A DNA stretch of 64,000 nucleotides, taken from the NCBI RefSeq assembly GCF_006345805.1, contig NC_043003.1:21018001-21082000 (forward strand). Reading direction: 5' to 3'. This DNA comes from Octopus sinensis (Eukaryota). Below the pieces are notes generated by a model, which was not told the origin of the DNA, did not search any database, and saw only the letters and a program-made list of their open reading frames with translations. Positions within the stretch are counted from its first letter, which is position 1, and each line of letters starts with the position of its first letter. Position numbers and translations under genes: made by a program. Positions 1-9,866 of this stretch are shown here, piece by piece.

Positions 1-575
1 TTTGAAGTTTCTGAAACTCCTATCCCCACTCTCCTGAATCTATACCATCTGAAGCATATTTGTAGAAAATTTCATTAAAAGATATCCATTCTTCTGGAGG
101 TTATGAAGAAACAAAGTCAGCGGGGCACATTTGAGTATGTTTACCCAGTGCTTTAACATAAGTAATACCAAGATCACATTGTTATTAGATATCTAATATT
201 GGCTTGCATCACTTCACTTTCATTTTGTATGTAGCACTATTTAATTATATAACTGCATGTTATATATAAACAAACTATATACTTCTTTCGATTGATTTGC
301 ATCAAAAGGGTGAAAATAATGTCAATGAGATGGGCCCAATTTTTTACTACACATAAAAGTAGATAGAATAACAATATTTATGATGATATTATGTTTCACA
401 ACAAATACTAACTATATTACAAATGCATTAAAGTGTATATTTTTATATATGTATGTGTAAATATATATATATATATATAAATTAGAAATGGAAACTAAAA
501 CAATAAATTGAACAATTAAATATTCTTCAGATATCTAATATCCCTTAGGTGGTTATTTAACACCTAGCTAAATTG

Positions 576-627
<52 letters not shown>

Positions 628-632
<5 letters not shown>

Positions 633-720
633 AAAATGGAGAAACAAATTCAATTCGTTCATCAACTTACGGATATTACAATTTTACATTCGAGTTGAAT
701 TTGTTTCTCCATTTTCTTAT
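628..720. repeat. Small fold-back (30-bp arms) after (TA)n; duplicate at ~20970-21062
   Basis: 628-657 versus 691-720, 29 of 30 complementary. Confidence 0.88.
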
Positions 721-764
721 TTGTATTATAAATTTACGGTATATATGTGTGTGTGTATGTATTT

Positions 765-965
765 AGGTAGGTAGGTGGGCGGGTAGGTAGGTAAGTAGGT
801 AGGTAGGTAGGTAGGTAGGCAGGTAGGTAGGTAGGTAGGTTGGTAGGTAGGTAAGTAGGTAGGTAGGTAGGTAGGTAGGTAGGTAGGTAGGTAGGTTGGT
901 AGGTAGGTTGGTAGGTAGGTAGGTAGGTATGTAGGTAGGTAGGTAGGTAGGTAGGTGGGCAGGCA
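765..965. repeat. (GGTA)n microsatellite; duplicate at ~21107-21305
   Basis: Tandem ggta units with variants. Confidence 0.97.
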
Positions 966-1813
966 TGCAGGTAGGCAGGCATGCATGCATGTATGGCTAG
1001 TCTATGGGATTACCCTGGGTTTCATGTACCAGAAAATGCTTAGCTTTACAGCATTTCTCCAGGCCCCAAAATGCATATGTATGTGTGTGTATGCGTTTGT
1101 GACTATTTGTCCTCCACCACTGCTTGGCAACCATTGTTAGTACATTTACATTAAGCAGTTCAGTTAGTACATTTTATTAAGCAGTTCAGCTAAAGAGATG
1201 GAAGGAATAAGTCCCATGCTTAAAAGGAAAATAAATACTAGAGTCAATTTGTCCAAGGCAGTGCCCCAGCATGACCGCAGTCTAATAACTGAAACAAATG
1301 GAAAAAGAAAATAGTTACAGGGAAAGGTATACTCTAAAGATAAGATTAATAACCTGGGAAATTACATAATCTTAATTCATTCTTATGTATTCGCAGTCAC
1401 ATTAAATTAATATTTAGTTATTTTCTATAAGTAGATAAGTAAAGTTATATGTCTTATTCAGCTCAGACATACACCAGCCGTCCAAGAATTTGGACCTGGA
1501 GATCTCCATTTTCAGCGACTTCGAGGGCCACCTCCCAGTGGTGTCAGGCATCAACAAAGTGCCCTCGACTACAACAAGACGACCAAAGTTTTTTTTTTCC
1601 TTCCAAGGTCTGGGGTCTCCCGTCCCTAAGCCCTAGACCATCATCTAATCACCCTTACCCATCTTGTTGCTTAACAACAACGACGACATACACCAAGGTT
1701 TAAATTTATGCCATTGTGAACTGGAGTTCAATGAAATCATCTTAAACTTTACTCACATGAATTCTTCCACAGCTTTTATAAACATTCTAAATATATGTCT
1801 TGTTTCTTTGCAG

Positions 1814-1936
1814 TCAATTCCAGGCAGCGTTGGTCTTCCAGTCAACGTCCAAATTATGGTTCCTACATATAAGGATGAGCTTGCATTACGCATCATGAAA
1901 GAACTGGATAGTGAACTGAAGAAGAAAAGTGGATAG
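1814..1936 (+). CDS. FAAH: FAAH terminal exon, copy A (inside a duplicated segment)
   Basis: ctttgcag acceptor. Encodes [40 protein letters not shown]-stop, frame intact. Confidence 0.8.
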   Translation, partial: SIPGSVGLPVNVQIMVPTYKDELALRIMKELDSELKKKSG

Positions 1937-2080
1937 TGTGTGTAACCACTTTATTTCATCTTGCCCCGGTGATACATATTGACCATTACTGCATGGATTC
2001 CACTTGAGAATAAAATTGATTCAATACTACAGAATATTTATTATTATTACTACTATTATTATTATTATTATTATTATTGA

Positions 2081-2635
2081 GTGAGAGAGCAGTTCATGCC
2101 ATCAAAGTGACACTGGGGTAAAATATACGACGCCCAATATACCCATCATGACTACCCGTCTGATAAAGGTACACCAGGCACATGCATCACAACCGTATGT
2201 GCGCGACATGGTGATCTCATATCAAGATAAACAGCACATGACCTTGCAGGTGGGGCCCAGTTAGAATTTTCTTCAGGTTGAGTAGCCCATCCCGCTCAAA
2301 CGGTCCCTAAATAAGGGTTGTTTAAGGATGTTGAAAGAACCACCCATGTTTCCACAGGTGAATTATTCAAACCCCAAAGAATCCCTCTCAATACATGGCT
2401 ATGATGCTCCCCCACTACTTCTGCTCGTGATCAGAGATGCACATATCGTCAGCCACTAAGGGACATGCTCAACTGGTTAAGGTCAAACAACTGACAAGCA
2501 AATCTGTGGTATTGAGCAGAATATTTGCTGTAGCCCATCTTTTATACCAAGACAAAACAATGTACATGATAACACTTCCAATCAGTTAAGATCAGAAGCC
2601 ATGAGAGCCACTGCCTGGTACTGCATCAGGGCATT
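2081..2635 (-). mobile_element. Non-coding dispersed retroposon with an (AAT)n tail; copies at 22421-22975 and 54445-54917
   Basis: Three high-identity copies, each starting right after an (ATT)n tract; no recognisable ORF. Confidence 0.65.
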
Positions 2636-2643
2636 TATTATTA

Positions 2644-2680
<37 letters not shown>

Positions 2681-2681
<1 letters not shown>

Positions 2682-3936
2682 GACGTTGCACAGTATACAA
2701 TATCGTGAGGTTGTTGATTGAAAATATTGTGTCTACATGGGGTTTGTACTGTTTGTCAAGTCACAACAAGGACCTCAGACAGACAGTACTTTAGGCAATA
2801 TGTGTGCAGTTCCAACTAACACTGACTTCTACAATACATCTAGATTATAGAGTATTTCTAAGGTTTTTCAGAGGTTTTTTCAGATTGGGTGGTATTGAAT
2901 CCAATGCTCCGATGACAATAGGCATAAACTTTCTGTTTGACTCTCGCAGCTGCCACATCTTAAGGATCTCAGCTCTCAGTTCTCCATATTTATCAACCTT
3001 TTCTCTTTCATGATATGTTGATCTCCTGGCACTGCCACATCGATTATTAGGCATTCTTGTTTGTCCCTCCTAAAGGTTACCATATCCAGCCTTCAGTGCT
3101 CTAACTCCTTGTCTGTCTGGAAGAAAACTCACTCCTTATTTTGCTGGGTATGATGGAAAGTGTCAGCTGTCCACAGCCAGAAGACAAAAGGTGACACTTG
3201 TTTATTGGCCATGATTCAAGAACCCTGCATAGAATTCTTGCAGTTCCAAGCAATGCTGATTTTTGTAGGTGTTCTACCTTCACTCTTGCACCAACTTTTT
3301 CAGCCACGTTGGTAGTTGAGTGCTGATAATTCCAAGTACACCAATTACTATTGGTAACACATCTACTCATTTCATTGACCACAACCTTCATATTCCCTGC
3401 TTCAAATCGTCATAGTTGTTTATTCATTCTTCTTCTTTCACTTTGATCCTGTAGTCACCAGGGCATGCTATATCAATTATCATACATGTTCTTTCTTACT
3501 TATTCACTCCAATAATGTCCAGTTTCCAATATCTGGTCGGGTGAACACACTGGATCATTGCATCCCACAGGATTTTTCAATTCTCATTTTCGGTGACTCC
3601 TTCTGGAGTTTGTTCATACGTCCTTGCTCTTTGTAGGTCATGATTTTCCAATGGATCATTCATGCCACATAGGCATGGTATCTTTTGTATTTGTGTTGTG
3701 CCAATTTCAGGTATTTGCTAACGATGTGCCATACCATTTCACTCCTCTCACCACACATTCTGCATTTGTCACTATTTGTAGTGTGTTGTCTATTCTGCAT
3801 TTCATATAGTTGGTCCTTAATGCTGGTTTCTGAGCTGCACATAAGAGTGTTTCAGTCTCTCTCTCTTCAGGTCACTCCTCCTCATCCATAGCCACCGGTC
3901 CTTTCTATCTATCTTGGTGTTCACATCTCTTGCAAA
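2681..3936 (-). mobile_element. R4/Dong-type fragment (duplicate of 23020-24277), cut by the gap
   Basis: Same peptides as the 23-24.8 kb copy. Confidence 0.83.
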
Positions 3937-4036
3937 NNNNNNNNNNNNNNNNNNNNNNNNNNNNNNNNNNNNNNNNNNNNNNNNNNNNNNNNNNNNNNNN
4001 NNNNNNNNNNNNNNNNNNNNNNNNNNNNNNNNNNNN
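3937..4036. other. Assembly gap (100 N)
   Basis: Run of exactly 100 N, typical of an unsized scaffold join. Confidence 0.99.
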
Positions 4037-4341
4037 CACATACATATATATACGATGAGCTTCTTTCAGTTTCTGTCTATCAAATCCACTCACAAGGCTT
4101 TGGTTGGCCTGAGGCTATAGTAGAGGACACTTGCCCAAGGTGCTATGCAGTGAAACTGAACCCGGAACCATGTGGTTCATAAGCAAGCTACTTACCACAC
4201 AGCAACTCCTATGCCTATATTTAAGAGATGAGGAATTATGTACATTATTTACATTATTTACATAATGGTGTAGTGGTTAAGAGTTTGGGCTACTAACACC
4301 AAAATTCCAAGTTCAATTCCAGGCAGTGACCTGAATAATAA

Positions 4342-4373
<32 letters not shown>

Positions 4374-4789
4374 ATTATTAATAATAATAATAATAACATC
4401 GAAAAATACCTTAGGAATGAGAACCCATGTTCAAAATTTCCCCAAGACACTTGTTGAAGATGAGGACAACGGTGGTTCCAGTTGATCCGATCAATGGAAT
4501 AGTGTGCTTGTGAAATTAGCATGCAAGTGGCTGAGTACTCTACTCCACTGACACATGTACCCTTAGTGTAGTTCTCAGGTAGATTCAGTGTGTGACACAG
4601 AATGTAAAATGGCTGGTCCTTTGAAATATAAGTACTACTCAGTTTTGTCAGCTGAGTAGACTGGAAACTAAGGCTGATGTTATTTATTAACTACTGTCCA
4701 CAAAATTGCTGGCCTTGTGCAAAAATTTGAAACCAATATTATCATTATTATTATTGTTATTGTTATTGTTATTACTATTATTATTATAA

Positions 4790-4834
<45 letters not shown>

Positions 4835-5051
4835 TTAAGATGCAAGTTTACAGAATCATTAGCCTACCAGGAAAAATGCTTAGCAGCATTTTGTCTGTCG
4901 TCATGTTTTGAGTTCAAATTACGCCAAGGTTGGCTTTGCCTTTCATATTTTCAGGATCGATAAAATAAGTACCAGTTGCGTACTGGGGTTGATGTGATAT
5001 ACTTACTCTTTTCCCTCCAAATTTCAGGCCTTGTGCCTATAGTAGAAAGGA

Positions 5052-5112
<61 letters not shown>

Positions 5113-5899
5113 GGCAGCGAGCTGGCAGCACTGTTAGCATGCCAGGCAAAATGGTTAGCAGCATTTTGTCTGTCTTAACGTTCTGAGTTCAAATTCTGCT
5201 GAGGTCAACATTGCCTTTCATCCTTTCAGGGTTGATAAAATAATAACCAGTTGAGCACTGGGGCCAATGTTATCAAAATTGCTGACCTTGTGCAAAAATT
5301 TGAAACTATTATTATTATCCGTGGCCGTTTACAGCCTAGCCCAGCCCCCGTGCCGGTGGCACGTAAAAAGCACCATCCAACCGTGGCCATTTGCCAGCCC
5401 TGTCTGGCACGTGAAAAGCACCCACTACACTCACGGAGTGGTTGGCGTTAGGAAGGGCATCCAGCCGTAGAAATCTTGCCAGATCAGTCTGGGCCTGGTG
5501 CAGCCTTCTGGCCTCCCAGACCCCAGTTGAACCGTCCAACCCATGCTAGCATGGAAAGCAGACGCTAAATGATGATGATGATGATGATGATTAAGGCACA
5601 AGCTAGCAGAATTGTTAGCATGCTGGACAAAATGCTTAGCAGCATTTCGTTTGTCTTTCTTTTGAGTTCAAATTCCACCAAGGTTGACTTTGCCTTTCAT
5701 ACTTTCAGTGTTGATAAAATAAGTACCAGTTGAGTACTGGGGTTAATGTGATTGACTTACTCTTTTCCCTCCAAATTTCAGGCTTTGTGCCCATAGTAGA
5801 AAGGATTATATAGCTTTTGAAGGATGCTACCCAACAAGCTAGGGAATGCCAGTCTGCCACAGGGTTACTCATTTACTGGAGCAACATAAAATGAAATGA

Positions 5900-6183
5900 G
5901 AGGTATATTTGCCATCTCAATATGGCTAACCACTAAGGGTGGGTGTTACTGTAGCTTGTAGCCCCAGGAGAACATCGTCTCCAGCTGGCTTTAGGCACAC
6001 TTTCTGTGCCCTTAAGGTATTTGCAAAGGAGGTCATCAGGGAAGGATGAACTCTCTTTGCAAATACCTTAAGGGCACAGAAAGTGTGCCTAAAGCCAGCT
6101 GGAGACGATGTTCTCCTGGGGCTACAAGCTACAATAACACCCACCCTTAGTGGTTAGCCATATTGAGATGGCAAATATACCTC
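5900..6183. repeat. Near-perfect fold-back (129-bp arms, 26-nt loop)
   Basis: 5900-6028 versus 6055-6183, one mismatch seen. Confidence 0.95.
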
Positions 6184-6739
6184 CCACTGTCATGCAGTTA
6201 CTGTTTATACCTCGTTCAGAGATTTATTGATAAAATGAAATGTTTTACTCAAAAAATACAACTAACAAGCCAGTCTGGGAATTGAAACCATGCTCTTGCC
6301 ATAGTGAGTGCAACACTCTGACCACTAGGCCATATGCCTTCACACATTATGCAATAGTTATGTGAGTATATCAGATTTCATTCAACAAGGCAGTAGCTGT
6401 CCCAGCAGATAACACTTGCTCAAGATGCCACATGATAGAATTGAACCAGGAACCATGAGGTTTCAAGGCAAACTTCTGTCAAGTGTAATGTTTATTTATT
6501 CACATTGTTTTGAATTGGTCTCACATTATCTTGTAGCTTTCAGATTTCAGTGATGTGATGGCTTATTTTAAGAATGACATTGTAAAGTAGGTGTGATTGG
6601 CCAGTTCTGGTCATTTTGAACATAAACCATGTGACATATTTTAGCCGTTTAAACACTATAGGGTTAAGCACATGATTATGCATCCATATTCAAAGCTTTT
6701 CCTAATTTTCTACTTTATATAATGAATTACACTATCTGT

Positions 6740-7055
6740 GAAGGCACATGGCTCAGTGGTTAGAGTGTAGAGCTTACGATTGTGAGGTTGTGAGTTCAAT
6801 TCCCGGACCAGGCTGCATGTTGTGTTCTTGAGCAAGACACTTTATTTCACGTTGCTGCAGTTAACTCAGCTGTAGAAATGAGTTGCGACATCACTGGTGC
6901 CAAGCTGTATCGGCCTTTGCCTTTCCCTTGGATAACATCAGTGGTGTGGAGAGGAGAGTCTGGTATTGCATGGGTGAGTGCTAGCCTTCCACAAACAATC
7001 TTGCCCTGACTTGTGCCTAGGAGGGTAACTTTCTAGGTCCAATCCCATGGTCACC
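6740..7055 (+). mobile_element. tRNA-derived SINE family 3 with a CORE-like central domain; other copies ~17180-17400, 19938-20180, 57300-57625, 49225-49535(-)
   Basis: tggctcagtggttagag (A box), gagttcaattccc (B box), then gttcttgagcaagacactttatttcacgttgct...actcagctg. Confidence 0.75.
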
Positions 7056-7207
7056 TCTTTATTCTATCTAACAAAGCAAAAAAACAGTAAAACTGCAGAT
7101 CACATATTAAGATTATAGTATCATATTTCTGTTAGTTAATAAAAAGATTATACCCGCTTTTACATTACTTTCAGTACAACCTGCATATTTTTCTCCTTCT
7201 GTTCCAG

Positions 7208-7295
7208 AAAATATGAAAACCCAAGTAAGGAGTTGTATTTTCTAAGAAATTCAGAAGGTTTTAAGAAAATTATTTCAACCCTTGTTTATCCTTTT
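7208..7295 (+). CDS. FAAH: FAAH copy B exon (88 nt)
   Basis: gttccag / gtaagt. Encodes [29 protein letters not shown]. Confidence 0.82.
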
Positions 7296-9223
7296 GTAAG
7301 TATTATCTTCTTAATCCCAAATATTTTCCTGCCAAATATGTTTTATTTGCTGATGAAGGACTAATGACTGAAATGTCAAGGATGTTTCCTTTCTTTTTAA
7401 GGGTAAACTAAAGCAACATTCATTAAAACTTGACCCTCTCATGTTGTCTTCTTTTTGAGTTCATTGTCTAATATAAACATACTTTGTAGAATTCATGTGC
7501 ATGTGGTGCATATAAGTCATCGATTACATTGCTGATCATGTGACCAAGAGGTCAAATTTTACTAAAACATTTATTTACATTCAGCCATTGTATGCCTCAC
7601 AGAAATTTCCATGTTGCTAGAAATTCTAGCTCTCTCTCTTATACTGTACATCTAATTCAAGGGTTTAGCTTTGCTGGGCATGAGACATTCTGGCACAGCC
7701 GTTTTGGCCTTGCCTATTTGGCCTCGCTAATTTGATGCTGACTTACTTGACAGCAGACGTTTTAATGCTTCATTTGTTATTCTCTCCCTCCCTCTTCCTT
7801 TCTCTCTCTCATCCACTCCTCTCTCCTTCCCCTCTCTGTTTATGAGTGTAAGCATATTTCTCTGTATGAGTGTGATGAGAGGAAAAATGCCTATGTTCAC
7901 TGTGTTGATTTAATATATGGCAATATCCCCCCCTCTTTCTCCTTCTCTCTGTTCCTCTCTTTGTTTTTCTCTTCAACTCTCTTATCTGTATGTGTATGTT
8001 TCTGCATACATGTGCATGTGAGTTTGCACATGTGTGTGTGTATGTGTGTGTGTGTGTTGTGTTCAGCACCAAAAATTCCTGTCACCTAAGCAAGACCAGT
8101 GTCCCACTCAGCCATACCAAATCACCAGCATCCAAACAGCTGCACCCAGTTGTCTCATTTTGGCCGTGTCACATCATCTCACACTGATTCAGCCTAACAA
8201 CAGTGTGAAGAGTACACAGTGCACATGTCTGTGGAATACTCAGCCACTAGTATGGTTATTTCATGAGTAAGAATTCATCTGGTTGAGCAAACAACTGAAT
8301 ACTCAAAGGTTCATATTTATTTCTTTATTACCCACTGGGGGATAAACATAGAGGAGACAAACAAGGACATACAAAGGGATTAAGTCAATTACATCAACTC
8401 TAGTGCATAACTGGTACTTATTTAATCGACCCCGAAAGGATGAAAAGCAAAGTTGACCTCAGTGGAATTTGAACTCAGAACTCAGAAATAATGCTAAGCA
8501 TTTTGCCTCGCGTGCTACTACTGAGTATACTTTGAAATTATAGAAAACAATTTCATGTGGCTGTTGTCAGTGTCACATAATTGGCACCTGTGCTGATGGC
8601 ACATAAAAAGCACCTTTCGAGTGTTGGGCCTCACAGAGGCAATGACAAATGACTGAGACCTTTGGCAATATGCTGTGCTTGTGTAGAAGACTCATCCAGA
8701 CAAATGAAATGGTAGTCATCATAGGCACTGGTGTCATACAACTGACACCCGTGCCAGTGGCATGCAAAAGCACACATTACACTCTCAGAGTGGTTGGCAT
8801 TAAGAAGGACATCCAGTCGTAGAAATCACACCAAATCAGACTATAGTCTGGTGCGGCCCCTCAGCTTATCAGCCTTGGTCGCACCGTTCCACCCATACCA
8901 GCATGGACAATGGATATTGAATGATGATGGTGATGATGATGAAATAAATAAATAGATAAATAATAACTCAACAAATAAATAAAAGAAAAAAGAAATAAGA
9001 TGGTTTTTAAATGAAAAATATTTTGCAGTTCTATATTTAAGAGATAAAGAATTATGTACATTATTTACATTATTTACATAATTTACATTTGACGGATATT
9101 TGTCCTCATCTTGTTTGTTGTTAACACAACGTTTCAGCTGATATACACTCCAGTCTTCATCAGGTGTCTTGGAGAAATTTCGAACCTGAGTTCTGATTCC
9201 TAAGGTATTTTTCAATGTTATTA

Positions 9224-9290
<67 letters not shown>

Positions 9291-9808
9291 TGTCACTGCC
9301 TGGAATCGAACTCGGAACTTTATGTAACAGCAAACAAGATGAGGACAAATATCCGTCAAATGTAAATAATGTAAATAATGCAAAAATATTTTGCTTTCCC
9401 ATCATTTGTTTGTTCACTTCTTTACTTATGTTAATCCTTCTGTTTTGCCAGGACAAGTTTTCATCTAAAGTCATTAATGCATTAGATGGATGTAGGTGAG
9501 TGTAAAACATTTTATCCTGTCTTTGCTTGTTTGTTTCTATATATATATCTTTCTTTCCAGTAAACTCTGCTGCTCTTTACCATACTGTTTACATCATGGA
9601 GTCTATACCTTTGTTTATTGTTATACTTTAATCTTTTGCACTACAGTGTTTATGTTGTGATGTTCACACAATAATACGCCCCAGCATGGGCACAGTCTAA
9701 TGACTTAGACAAGTAAAAGAACAAAAGAATATATATACATACATATGTATGCATATGTATATATATTTGTATGTATATATGTATATATATATATATAGAG
9801 AGATAGAG

Positions 9809-9866
<58 letters not shown>

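Larger units (their letters stand above)
1..3936 (+). repeat. Direct segmental duplicate of 20341-24277
   Basis: Collinear near-identity over 3.9 kb. The only differences I saw are 1-2 nt indels in repeats or homopolymers. Confidence 0.97.
4037..7505. repeat. Inverted duplicate of ~48770-52241
   Basis: The reverse complement is near-identical from 4037 to ~7215, then about 90% identical by eye to ~7505. The ORF track also shows identical peptides on opposite strands (5926..6144 versus 50129..50347). Confidence 0.96.

Noticed and set aside
726-990. PTYL-repeat ORFs (also 21069-21332)
   Set aside because: Translations of the (GGTA)n microsatellite, open in all three frames; not genes.
6740-6815. 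tRNA-like sequences at SINE heads
   Set aside because: A and B boxes are present but there is no complete cloverleaf, and each continues into a SINE body.
7348-7382. CTGATGA-A-GGAC taat GACT-GAAA-TGTC hammerhead-like motif (mirror at ~48895-48925)
   Set aside because: Stems I and II are partly broken. It is probably a decayed PLE ribozyme, too degenerate to call.
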